Positions 1 to 9,636 of a stretch of DNA of 32,000 nt are shown here, piece after piece. Each line of letters opens with the position of its first letter. Position 1 is the stretch's first letter. Source of the DNA: Geotalea uraniireducens Rf4 (GTDB lineage Bacteria; Desulfobacterota; Desulfuromonadia; Geobacterales; Geobacteraceae); contig NC_009483.1 of the NCBI RefSeq assembly GCF_000016745.1, positions 4,440,001-4,472,000 on the forward strand, read 5' to 3'. Under the pieces are notes generated by a model. That model made no database searches, had not been told where the DNA came from, and saw only the letters and a program-made list of their open reading frames with translations. The translations under genes were made by a program, and so were the position numbers.

Positions 1-926
1 CCACAGGCCATGGCCTCCAGGAGCGGCAAGCCGAATCCTTCATAGAAACTGGGGAACACGAACAAGTCCGCCAGGTTATAGATGACCGGCAGATCCGTTT
101 CGTCCACATAGCCGGTAAAATGGACCTTTTCCCCAAGACCAAGGGTGCGGATGAGTTCTTTCAGACCTTCGTTTTTCCAGCCGGAACCACCGGCAATCAC
201 CAGCGTATGACTGAAATCCGGACGAGCGCAGAGTTGCGCATAGGCCCGCATCAACCCATCGAGATTCTTGCGTGGCTGCACAGTGCCAACAAAGAGGATA
301 AACCGGGAAGGCAGCCTGTAGCGGTCCCGCACTGTTGCCTGCAGGTCGGGATCAGGTAGCGGTTTGAATCCTTCATCCACACCAAGATAAATGACCCGGA
401 CCTTCTCTTCGGGGACATCAAGAAACCGCATGATATCCTTTTTGGTATTTTCAGAATCAGCAATAAGGAGATGGGCCTTTTTGGCCGCTTGCGGCAGCTC
501 GTTCTTCAAATAGCCGATGTTTACCTCATCCACCGCATCCGGGAAATATTCATGGGCCATGTCATGGATGGTAAGCACGGTTTTGGCCGAGCCGGTAAAA
601 ACACCGCGGAAATTTGTCCCGAAAAAGATATCCGCATTGGCAATTTTGATCGATTTGCCAGTAACCTTTGCCTGCAAAAACAGCAGGAAGCGACAAACCG
701 TGATAAAAGGAAATGGTGCCTTGAAGACTGTAAAGAATCTATTGTCGTCAGACAATTCATTGTCCAGCTTGATAGTGTTGTAAAACGGCGACCCACAGAG
801 CGCATCAGTCAAATAATACTCATTTTCAGGGGCCATTTTTAAAAATTGCGTAAGCAAATGGTGGGTATAATAGCCAATTCCGGTTTTTTCAATCATTACC
901 GGGATAGCGTCGACAACAATTTTCAT
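1..926 (-). CDS. Glycosyltransferase, GT4-type (GT-B fold); the C-terminus runs off the left edge of the window
   Basis: Not in the ORF track because no stop lies in the window. Minus-strand translation starts at the ATG at 924-926, which forms an ATGA overlap with the gmd stop. It reads [25 protein letters not shown] ... [70 protein letters not shown], the typical GT4 C-terminal region. Confidence 0.85.
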   Translation of the reverse strand, partial: [308 protein letters not shown]

Positions 927-1879
927 GACTGCAACTCACTGTCCATCATCATCTGCACCACATCTTTCATTGCATACTTTGCCCGCCAGTCAAGTTCCTT
1001 GAAAGCCTTGGCAGGGTTCCCTTTGCCAACGGCAATGTCGGTCGGTCTTAGCAGAGACGGATCGGTAACCACATGCTCGCGCCAATCCAGCCCCACACAC
1101 CTGAAGGTCTCGGCCACAAACTCTTCCAGGGAATGGGTCTCGCCCGTGGCGATGACGAAGTCATCCGGCGTCTCCTTTTGCAGCATGCGCCACATGGCAT
1201 CCACATACTCCGGTGCCCATCCCCAGTCGCGGCAGATAGAGATGTTGCCCAGGTTGAGTTTTTCACCTCTTCCCGCTGCAATCCGGCAGGCAGCCGACAC
1301 GATCTTTCTGGTGACGAACCGTTCGGGTCGCAGGGGGGACTCGTGATTGAACAGAATCCCCGAGCAGGCGAACAGGCCGTACGCCTCGCGGTAATTGGCC
1401 ACTTCCCAGAAGGCGGTTGCCTTGGCCACCGCATAGGGGCTGCGGGGGCGGAACGGTGTTGTTTCATCGGCGGCAGCGCCGCCGGTATCGCCGAAAGATT
1501 CACTGGAACCGGCATTGTAAAACCTGATCGGGGTGTTCAGGAACCGGATCGCCTCCAGGATGTTGAGGGTCCCGACGCTGATGCTCTCCAGCGTCTCCAC
1601 CGGCTGGTCAAAGGAGAGCCCGACCGAACTCTGACCGGCCAGGTTGTACAGCTCATCGGGCTTAATCCTGACCAAGGTCTGCAGGACGCTGCGGAAGTCA
1701 TTGAGCGCCATGGATTCGACGTTTACCTGGGAACGTATCCCCAGTTTTTCCAGGTTGTAAAAGGTGGACATCTGCGCATCGCGCGCAGTGCCGTAGACTT
1801 CGTAGCCTTTACTCACCAAAAGTTGGGCGAGGTATGCGCCGTCTTGGCCGGATACGCCACAGATCAGGGCTTTTTTCAT
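923..1879 (-). CDS. gmd: GDP-mannose 4,6-dehydratase (short-chain dehydrogenase family)
   Basis: MKKALICGVSGQDGAYLAQLLVSKGYEVYG (Rossmann GxxGxxG) and NHESPLRPERFVTRKI are Gmd hallmarks. I place the start at the internal ATG (1877-1879) rather than the track start at 1939, because homologues begin at MKKALI. Confidence 0.9.
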   Translation of the reverse strand: MKKALICGVSGQDGAYLAQLLVSKGYEVYGTARDAQMSTFYNLEKLGIRSQVNVESMALNDFRSVLQTLVRIKPDELYNLAGQSSVGLSFDQPVETLESISVGTLNILEAIRFLNTPIRFYNAGSSESFGDTGGAAADETTPFRPRSPYAVAKATAFWEVANYREAYGLFACSGILFNHESPLRPERFVTRKIVSAACRIAAGRGEKLNLGNISICRDWGWAPEYVDAMWRMLQKETPDDFVIATGETHSLEEFVAETFRCVGLDWREHVVTDPSLLRPTDIAVGKGNPAKAFKELDWRAKYAMKDVVQMMMDSELQS

Positions 1880-1925
1880 TATTCCATTTCCCTTCCTAAC
1901 AACATTAGCTAAACAGTTCTTGCTG

Positions 1926-4900
1926 TCACAAAGAATCAATCAATAGTGTATTTATTTTTTTACCTATCGATTCCCAGGTATAATTATCGGACACTTTTTC
2001 AAACCCATTATTCCCCATCAATTTAGCTTTATTAGGATTATCAATAATAAATTTGATAGTATCACAGAGAGAATGCTTAGCTGCCAACAAGCCATTTATT
2101 CCATTGTCTACTAATTCTACAAAAGCAGGGCATTTCTCGTTCGCTATAACTGGTTTTTTCATCATCCACGCTTCAAGCACAACAATTCCAAAGCTCTCAC
2201 TTTCACTCATATTTATTACACACATACATTCTTGAAGAGCTCCCAGAACCACTTTTCTTGCCTGCTCTCCTAAATAAATAGCTTCAGATTTTTCGATAGC
2301 TCTGCCATCCTCATTCTTCCCTATTAGCACTACCTCACACACCCTTTTTTCTTGATTCACCTTTTTTACTGCCTCAATAACACAGGAGTAATTTTTAGCT
2401 CCAGATTTCCTCCCTAGAACCAGTACAAACGGTAATTCAGAACCATAAAGTTCAGCAAAGGAAGCGCTATCAACATTTTCAAATTCTTCCTTAAACACCC
2501 CTCCACCTGGGACATCTCTAGTTTTAGCGTTAATTTTCTCATAGAAGAACGGGATTGACGCTTTTGGAGAAGTTATTACACTGTCAGCACGTTGTAACGC
2601 GGTATAATATGAATTCCAGTGATAGAATTCATCATCAAAATGGAAATGGGGCAATAAGACTACCGGTTTGCCATGTTTCTTTGCATAGTTCGTCGCCAGG
2701 ATTGATGTTTTAAATGGAATGCTGTGCCCAAGCACAACATCGTAGTTTTTTATTTTTGCATCAAGCCATTCTTCTAGCTGCTTTGAATTTGGGCCTCGTG
2801 TGGTCTGGAAAAGGTTATCCACAGCAACATCTCTATGTCTTGCAATTTGGATCATCTCTGACACATATTCGTCTAAAAAAAACTCTCGAAGAAAATCACG
2901 ATAGCATCTGTCAAACTTAATCTCCTTAGCAGTATTACTATTTTCTTTCAGGCATGCCATATGGAAGACTCGGATACCTAAAGGCCGTGGATCGACCTTC
3001 TCAACATAAACAGGGTCAATCAATAACTTGATAATCTTCGCGCCCTTCAATTCTAACCTAATGTCAAAAACACCCTTTTGCTTCTGATTGTAAACAAGTT
3101 TCTCATCCGCATAAATTTTCAACGATCGTTTTTTGGGACTTAATGCTGATATCAATATTTCATGAGCACCGTCCACAAAGACCAGCGCTTCATTACTCGA
3201 CCAAATCTCCAAGCGCTCTTCCATTTTTTCTGGAAAATGCCACCCCCCCATAAGGAGTGGTTCAGTATAACGTCCAATATAACGGAGAGAACTTTCAACA
3301 AACTCTTTCATCCACACCATAAAGAGTTCTTTTGCATTCCGATACATTACAGAATTCGGCAGTTTATCCGTGGGAAATGTTGTTATTGACACATTATTTT
3401 CTTCTAGGAAATGATGTGAATCTACAGAGCTCGTAAATTCCGTTGAGAAGTGGAATTTATTATGAATATCATAAATGTCCGGAGCAACAAGGTGAATAAA
3501 GAAAGTACCCAGTGAATCAAGCTGTTTAATAACGTTTAACAAGTACACTTCCGCCCCGCCAAGGGGAGGGTCAGTGAACCGGTATGTCACCACCAAAAGC
3601 CTTTTTATGTCAGTATCAAGTAGTCGTGATTGGAGCAGACCGTGGAATCGCTTTGCCAGGAAGGCCCAATCTAAAAATTTCCTTGCATGATCATATCCAT
3701 TCTGTGACAAAGTCTCCTGCAAGGCTTTATTGCCCAGCAGTTGAGACAAGTTGCTGCTAAATTGGGAGCGTTCACAAACTAATGCATCTCGGTAATGTTC
3801 AATGTTGTAGCCTCGGGCCCCCACAAGAGTTGTCACCACAGGAAGCTGATATGCAAAATACTCTGCAAGCTTCAGGTTTGAACCTGACCCACTAAACATT
3901 GGATTGATGGCAACATCAGATATCCGTAGGATTACATCCTTATACAGCTCGTCTAGCTTATTAAAAAGAAGAACATTTGAAGGTTTTGGGGTCGTTAAGG
4001 TGCCGCAGACAGTACCAACAATAGCAAAATAACAATTCGAAAAAACAGGAGCTAACTCGCCAACAATAAAACTCAGCGCATCTATATTGGGTTTATGCGC
4101 GCTACCGATAAACAAAATGATTGGATGACCGTTAAAGATCTCCTTTACACTAGCGTAATCTGTTCCCTGAAAATCGGGATCAATATCCACGCCGTTTTTT
4201 ACTGTAACAATCTCCGTTCCTACCGGCGCAAGCTTTTTGAGCGAAGGGTGATCATCATCAGAAACACTTACAATGAAACAACTGCGTTTGGCAACTAAGC
4301 GTTCTAAATACTCAACCTGTTTTATATGTTTTCGGTAACCATGGCGGCCGGATAACATTGAAGCTTTTAATTCAGTTTCACAGTTCAGGCTCTCGTAGAT
4401 AACATTTCTATTGGTGATAACCTCGAGCAAACTAGCCATATAAGGATGAACAAAAATAACTACACCTGAAGTACTCTCAATCGTCCTAACTGCCTGCAGC
4501 AACAGGTTATTTTTTACGCCCATATACGAATTAACAATGTCTGTAACGTGGACCTGGCAACCTTTATTCTGTTTATGCTCTTCCCTTATATGTTCTGGAG
4601 TTTTAGGAAATGACACTTCAACAAAATCAGGAGTAATAGCAGTTTGCTTGAGGTTTCCGGTGTTGTTAAGACAGAAGAGCAAAATTCGGTAATACTTCGA
4701 CAAATTGACATAAAGCCGATTTATCCTTATTTCACCACCAGAAACTGGATTAGACACTTCAAAATCATTTAAGAGCAAAATAAATGGCTTCTTTTGCTCT
4801 CTTTCAAGATGTTCCAAAGCTATATGTACATCCCCAGCTATTTTTTCCCAACTATAGTTAGAATCAATGTAGTTCTGACCAGATGCAGCAACACTATTCA

Positions 4901-5972
4901 ACTCTGATGAATTACTGATGATCATATTCAGTGCTTCAGAGAAGTTATCATGAGTAGCTAGAAAGAAGTGCCTTCTGTCTATGAGGTCCAGACCTCTTGC
5001 CCCGACATCAGTAGAGACAAGTGGAATTCCACTTGAGAGAAATTCTAAGGTTTTAAGGTTTGTTCCAGCACCTGAAAACATAGGATTTATTGCAATATCC
5101 GCGCTTTCGAATAAGGCATTTTTTTGCTGTTCATCAACTCTGCCACATAAATAAACATTCGGTTTATCGACGCTATTGAAGTTGTCACAGCATGATCCAG
5201 CAATATAGAAATCTATACTTGGGCATCTATCGCATAGGCCATAAACTATGAACTCAACAGCCTCAATGTTCGGCGGATGAGCGCTGCCGATAAATATTGC
5301 CTTCTTCCTCTCCGACGATGCTGTACGTCGTCCAAGATTGAGTTCTCCCGGAATAATGCCATTTGGAGCAAGTTTGACTTTATTGGCGCAAGCGCCGAAT
5401 TGATGAATAAATATATCCGCCTCTATTCTTGAAGTTGCAAATACCAAATCAGCTTTGGAAATAAGTCGCTTCTCAAGCTCACAAATATGGTCTATATATT
5501 TAGGGGCATTTGGCCCAGTCCACATCTGACTAACTAAAACAGATTCGCTATTATAGCTATTGTATATTCTTGGCTTATTATCAAATCCGAAAAATAGATC
5601 ATATTCCAGCATATAGGGTGATTCATGAATGATAATATCCGCTTTTGGATATAATTCTAGGTACATGTCATGGTATGCATTTGCTGATTTTGCACTCAAA
5701 GAACAAACCAATGCGGAGACCTCAGTCCCTATTTTTTCCTTATCCATCTCAATATGAAGATTATGGTGAATGCTTTCCTTAGGCACACGGCATTCCCGAA
5801 AGGTTTGCGAATGTTCTATGAGTTCTCGCTGGTGATGTGAAAACGTTGGAGATAAAAGAGTAACATCATAGAACTTGCTCAAGTAATTATATAAATGGAA
5901 ATATCTCAATTCACCACCACTTGCGGGCGGGGAAAATGCCGGGAAAAAATTCATGACCAGGATTCTTTTCAT
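1926..5972 (-). CDS. Giant multidomain glycosyltransferase with three tandem GT4-like modules; the third carries a beta-sandwich-like insert
   Basis: Three N-terminal GT4 signatures recur: MKRILVMNFFPAFSPPASGGELRYFHLY, KPFILLLNDFEVSNPVSGGEIRINRLY and KRLLVVTYRFTDPPLGGAEVYLLNV. Each is followed by a C-terminal GT-B half (for example AINPMFSGAGTNLKTLEFLSSGIPLVST, AINPMFSGSGSNLKLAEYFAYQLPVVTT, SESESFGIVVLEAWMMKKPVIA). The start is set at M37 of the track ORF, which removes the overlap with the upstream gene. Confidence 0.8.
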   Translation of the reverse strand: MKRILVMNFFPAFSPPASGGELRYFHLYNYLSKFYDVTLLSPTFSHHQRELIEHSQTFRECRVPKESIHHNLHIEMDKEKIGTEVSALVCSLSAKSANAYHDMYLELYPKADIIIHESPYMLEYDLFFGFDNKPRIYNSYNSESVLVSQMWTGPNAPKYIDHICELEKRLISKADLVFATSRIEADIFIHQFGACANKVKLAPNGIIPGELNLGRRTASSERKKAIFIGSAHPPNIEAVEFIVYGLCDRCPSIDFYIAGSCCDNFNSVDKPNVYLCGRVDEQQKNALFESADIAINPMFSGAGTNLKTLEFLSSGIPLVSTDVGARGLDLIDRRHFFLATHDNFSEALNMIISNSSELNSVAASGQNYIDSNYSWEKIAGDVHIALEHLEREQKKPFILLLNDFEVSNPVSGGEIRINRLYVNLSKYYRILLFCLNNTGNLKQTAITPDFVEVSFPKTPEHIREEHKQNKGCQVHVTDIVNSYMGVKNNLLLQAVRTIESTSGVVIFVHPYMASLLEVITNRNVIYESLNCETELKASMLSGRHGYRKHIKQVEYLERLVAKRSCFIVSVSDDDHPSLKKLAPVGTEIVTVKNGVDIDPDFQGTDYASVKEIFNGHPIILFIGSAHKPNIDALSFIVGELAPVFSNCYFAIVGTVCGTLTTPKPSNVLLFNKLDELYKDVILRISDVAINPMFSGSGSNLKLAEYFAYQLPVVTTLVGARGYNIEHYRDALVCERSQFSSNLSQLLGNKALQETLSQNGYDHARKFLDWAFLAKRFHGLLQSRLLDTDIKRLLVVTYRFTDPPLGGAEVYLLNVIKQLDSLGTFFIHLVAPDIYDIHNKFHFSTEFTSSVDSHHFLEENNVSITTFPTDKLPNSVMYRNAKELFMVWMKEFVESSLRYIGRYTEPLLMGGWHFPEKMEERLEIWSSNEALVFVDGAHEILISALSPKKRSLKIYADEKLVYNQKQKGVFDIRLELKGAKIIKLLIDPVYVEKVDPRPLGIRVFHMACLKENSNTAKEIKFDRCYRDFLREFFLDEYVSEMIQIARHRDVAVDNLFQTTRGPNSKQLEEWLDAKIKNYDVVLGHSIPFKTSILATNYAKKHGKPVVLLPHFHFDDEFYHWNSYYTALQRADSVITSPKASIPFFYEKINAKTRDVPGGGVFKEEFENVDSASFAELYGSELPFVLVLGRKSGAKNYSCVIEAVKKVNQEKRVCEVVLIGKNEDGRAIEKSEAIYLGEQARKVVLGALQECMCVINMSESESFGIVVLEAWMMKKPVIANEKCPAFVELVDNGINGLLAAKHSLCDTIKFIIDNPNKAKLMGNNGFEKVSDNYTWESIGKKINTLLIDSL

Positions 5973-6048
5973 GCCTTGTATCCTACTAATACATAATCTT
6001 GTTCCATAATTACTCCTTGTAAATCTTTCTGACCTGTTAAATCCGGGT

Positions 6049-6528
6049 TTACTTTGTGACGCCCTTTTTATACGTCTCAATCTCCTCTCTAAGTTGCCTG
6101 ATTTCCTCTCTCATCAGACTGAACTCTTTTGCCCTCTCATTATTCAAAACCACCAATCCATCCGTCAACGCTCTGAGAGCACGAGTAGTCTCTTTGTTGA
6201 AAGATCGTTGCTGATCTGTAATAAAACTTGCCAAATAGACAACTATTTTACCTACAAGTACTGCCAGCTTGCGGATCGGTCTACAGAATTGTAACATTGG
6301 CGTAACTTCAGCACCGGCATTAGCCTTTGCCTCAGCTGACATTATGATAGCCCTGACTGCTGGAGCATTGAAAGTCATACCGTAGGTGCCAGTCATATTT
6401 ACAGACGTGCCAGGGGAATTATCTACTGGAACAGCTTTACCGCTTAGTTGCAACTCTTCCGTGATTTTCTCCATAATTGTGTCCACATCTATCTCAGGAA
6501 CGGCTTTATTATTTTGCTGGTCAGACAT
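6049..6528 (-). CDS. Hypothetical protein with a C-terminal coiled coil
   Basis: 159-aa ORF with the RBS AAGGAGAG just upstream of the ATG, in the same orientation as the cluster. The heptad-like tail is EFSLMREEIRQLREEIETYKK. I do not recognise a catalytic motif. Confidence 0.55.
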   Translation of the reverse strand: MSDQQNNKAVPEIDVDTIMEKITEELQLSGKAVPVDNSPGTSVNMTGTYGMTFNAPAVRAIIMSAEAKANAGAEVTPMLQFCRPIRKLAVLVGKIVVYLASFITDQQRSFNKETTRALRALTDGLVVLNNERAKEFSLMREEIRQLREEIETYKKGVTK

Positions 6529-6678
6529 ACTTCTCTCCTTTGTCCTAAATCAACTGATAGTCCTACACCGCCATTGGATGTTTAAAAATCTTGACCAATA
6601 CATCGTCCACATCTTCATTGGCTTTTATGCGTAATACTATTTTTACCAGTTCCTATGATTGAGACCCTCAGTATCCAG

Positions 6679-8427
6679 TCAGCCGCATGAATTCCCCCGA
6701 AACTGATTCAGCATAAAATCAATCATCCGCCTGATCGGGCTGGTTACTCTCCAGATCAAAGAATTCTCCAAGGCACTAATTTTATGATCGTACTCTGCAA
6801 TTACTTGTTCTTGCCTTGCAATGATTTCGTCATATTCTAGCGATTTGCATCGAAACTGATTCTCCAGTTCAGCATACTCCTGTGCAATTTGCTCGATCCG
6901 CTCAGTCTGCCCCCTGTATCCAAGCCATAAGGCATTATAGTCGGCCATGCGTTGCAGTATCGATTTCTGCAAATAGGCTAATTCCGCTTCAGCCCTATCT
7001 CCCTCTTCATTAAGAACATCTTCCAATTGCCGAGGCAGATCACTGCGCGCAAAAATCCAGCTAGCACGCGCGAAATCAATCCCTAGAGCAAGCGGATCCT
7101 CCCCTTGCCGGAATATGGCTATCACCGGCACACCTAACGCCTGGGCAACCTTCAGAGGTACTCCGCTAGGGCCGATTAACAATCTGCTCGTAGAAACCGC
7201 TGCCGCCATTGCACGAAAGTCGACTCGCTCACCGTTGTCGATACTGTAAGCCGCCCCATCGTCAAGAACCTCCACTATAACCGGCTCATACCCTGCTTCA
7301 GCAACAAGGGCCTTGATCTGCTCAAAATGCTCGTCCTCGCACGAAACCGTCAGGACAGCATATTCCTTGCCTGGAACCAAGAAGGGAGTTGCAATGGTCT
7401 GTTTCAACGAATCCAGATGAAGTACAGGAAAAAGCCGGGTAATGGTTACGACAGCCTGCTCTGCCAAAGCAAGGACCACCGGTTGTCCGGGGGGGATACT
7501 ACTGAAATCAAGGTCGATGATCCTGTCATAGCCTTCATGATCTGGTACCTCGTTCGGCAGAAAACAGGCGTCAACAGCGGGATGAAGTAAGAACACCTCA
7601 GGATGATTGGTGATCAGGTCGAAGTTTACCAATAATTGCTCGTCCTTGAGCCTCTGCAGCACCGTGGTAACGGCCAGCAGGCTGTCAAGACTGTCGGTAA
7701 CGGCACAAATCAACACGCGGCCGGTGAAAGAGCGTTTCTCCAGGTAACCGGACCATCTCTTTTGAAACGTTTTGTGATTGCGGGCGCGAACCCTCGACAA
7801 CAACACTTTATCGATAGTGGCAGAGGTGGCATTATCAATATGTTCGTGTAAGCAACTGACAAGCTGGATATCGAACCCCATCTGACGGTATCTCAAGGAT
7901 AAGTCTACATCTTCCCAGTATGCCAACTCATACTCTTCGGCAAAAAGTCCAAAACTATCGGCCATTCTCCTCGGGATCATCAGGCAAGAAGCCTGTATAT
8001 ACTCCCCTCTTGCTGGTTCCTTCACACCATGACCGATATCATCCAGTGCAGAATAACCACCTGTAAAACCTACAATTGCCAACCTGGCATTTTCGTCAAA
8101 ACACCTGGAAAGCTTCTCCAGCCAGCCTGACTCATGGATGAAGATATCGTTATTGAGGACAACAAAATATTCACCACGCGCCTCAAGCAGGGCCTGATTG
8201 TGTGGGTGTCCAAACCCCGTGTTGTACGCATAGGAAATGATTTTACAGTTTGCATGGCAAAGGGAGTAGTCGCGCAGAAATTCGGCAGTACCATCGACTG
8301 AACCGTTATCGCTGATGATGAGTTCATAATCAGGACCTGAATTGGCTTCGATCAATTGAAGGCACTTCTTGGTAATATCCAGATTATTGAGAACGACAAT
8401 CGAGATGCTATATCGAATATTCCCCAT
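6679..8427 (-). CDS. Bifunctional-looking glycosyltransferase: N-terminal GT2 domain, central GT9-like (heptosyltransferase-like) domain, C-terminal coiled coil with a conserved tail motif
   Basis: The GT2 signature is SIVVLNNLDITKKCLQLIEANSGPDYELIISDNGSVDGT with WEDVDLSLR. The central part (GRVLICAVTDSLDSLLAVTTVLQRLK ... LLIGPSGVPLKVAQALGVPVIAIF) resembles GT9. The tail is ...ISALENSLIWRVTSPIRRMIDF. Confidence 0.8.
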   Translation of the reverse strand: MGNIRYSISIVVLNNLDITKKCLQLIEANSGPDYELIISDNGSVDGTAEFLRDYSLCHANCKIISYAYNTGFGHPHNQALLEARGEYFVVLNNDIFIHESGWLEKLSRCFDENARLAIVGFTGGYSALDDIGHGVKEPARGEYIQASCLMIPRRMADSFGLFAEEYELAYWEDVDLSLRYRQMGFDIQLVSCLHEHIDNATSATIDKVLLSRVRARNHKTFQKRWSGYLEKRSFTGRVLICAVTDSLDSLLAVTTVLQRLKDEQLLVNFDLITNHPEVFLLHPAVDACFLPNEVPDHEGYDRIIDLDFSSIPPGQPVVLALAEQAVVTITRLFPVLHLDSLKQTIATPFLVPGKEYAVLTVSCEDEHFEQIKALVAEAGYEPVIVEVLDDGAAYSIDNGERVDFRAMAAAVSTSRLLIGPSGVPLKVAQALGVPVIAIFRQGEDPLALGIDFARASWIFARSDLPRQLEDVLNEEGDRAEAELAYLQKSILQRMADYNALWLGYRGQTERIEQIAQEYAELENQFRCKSLEYDEIIARQEQVIAEYDHKISALENSLIWRVTSPIRRMIDFMLNQFRGNSCG

Positions 8428-8476
8428 AAATTTCTTTGCCCTGACGACCTTATTTGTGTAGGTTTTACTCTGGTGG

Positions 8477-9385
8477 TTATCTTCTGTAATTGCCTACACC
8501 TAGTTTTGTCAAAATAACTGCATTCAGCCATCTAAGTGGCTTGGTTATCCTCCAGCTAAAGGAATTAATCAGATCGGTAATCCTCTGGTCTCGGTCTGCC
8601 AACTGCCTGTCTCGGTCTGTCAGTTGTCGGTCACGTTCAGCCAACTGATGCTCTTTTTGCTTTATGTCTAATTCAATGTATTGTAATTTATCCTTAAACA
8701 ATACATATTCAGCCGGAAAATTTTCTTTATAAATAAGTGCTCTGTCTTCCCAAAAATCCATATCTTGTACATTAGAAGAACGTCCATTAATTCCATACTT
8801 TGCTATAATATTATTTACATACTTTGATCTAACCCCATCGTTATTAAACCATTTCATATTGAAGACATAATCAGCCAATATTTTATATTTGGTATCAAAT
8901 TTACCCAATTTACTAAATATTGATTTTTCATAAAATATTGCCTGATGGCAAATATTTTGATCCATCAATTTAAGCGTAGAAAATTTACCATCATAAATTT
9001 TGCCGGTATCCCCCCATAGCACATTACCGTAAACAACATCAAATAAATCTATTCCGCCAATATTGAATATTTCTTCAAGAACCGTGTCATTATAGAAAAC
9101 GTCGTCACAGCCCAGAAAATATATCCATTCGCCACTTGTCAGGTCAATCGCCTTATTCATGGCGTCATAAATGCCATTGTCTTTTTCAGAGATGAATTTT
9201 ATATGTGAATATTTATCTGCGTATCGCTTTACAATCTCTAAAGTGGCATCTGTCGAGGCTCCATCAATAATCAAATGCTCCTTATTCTTATATGTCTGAT
9301 GGGCAACACTTAACAGGCATGTCTCTATATCATTTACAGCATTATATGTAGGAGTTACAATGCTTACTTTCCGGTTACTTTCCAC
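8477..9385 (-). CDS. GT2 family glycosyltransferase with a C-terminal coiled coil and tail motif
   Basis: VSIVTPTYNAVNDIETCLLSVAHQTYKNKEHLIIDGASTDATLEIV plus GCDD (DxD-like). The C-terminus is QLAERDRQLTDRDRQLADRDQRITDLINSFSWRITKPLRWL. Confidence 0.85.
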   Translation of the reverse strand: MESNRKVSIVTPTYNAVNDIETCLLSVAHQTYKNKEHLIIDGASTDATLEIVKRYADKYSHIKFISEKDNGIYDAMNKAIDLTSGEWIYFLGCDDVFYNDTVLEEIFNIGGIDLFDVVYGNVLWGDTGKIYDGKFSTLKLMDQNICHQAIFYEKSIFSKLGKFDTKYKILADYVFNMKWFNNDGVRSKYVNNIIAKYGINGRSSNVQDMDFWEDRALIYKENFPAEYVLFKDKLQYIELDIKQKEHQLAERDRQLTDRDRQLADRDQRITDLINSFSWRITKPLRWLNAVILTKLGVGNYRR

Positions 9386-9484
9386 TTTTCAATAGCTCCT
9401 ATCAACGCAACATAAACTAAAAGGTTGTAGATTCTGTACCCTGGCAAGGAATCTAAAGCCAACTAATGATAGTATAAATTGTGT

Positions 9485-9529
9485 CTAACTGTCGCCTAAG
9501 CTGCCGCCGTCGATGATGATGTATTCAAG
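9485..9529 (-). pseudogene. Possible relic of a GT2 gene (a 15-codon fragment)
   Basis: The minus-strand reading in the 250-bp spacer gives LEYIIIDGGSLGDS*. This closely mirrors NLEYIIMDGGSSDNS in the neighbouring tandem-GT2 gene. It is a very short match, so the call is tentative. Confidence 0.3.
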
Positions 9530-9636
9530 GCTTTAATAATGGTTCTAAAGCTTATTTAGGAATAATTACATAACCCTGTATCAAGCGGTAACAGCAGACC
9601 AGTTTACTGCATTACGCCCTAGCTTTTCGATAATCG

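Noticed and set aside
5973-6080. N-terminal extensions given by the ORF track for the triple GT4 (to 6080), gmd (to 1939), the sulfotransferase (to 17471), four-helix-bundle copy 1 (to 20803), the RHH antitoxin (to 28949), the exported protein (to 25266) and IS3 orfA (from 22574).
   Set aside because: The extensions overlap upstream genes or run into repeats, and their sequences are implausible. Internal starts match homologue N-termini, have better RBSs, or both.
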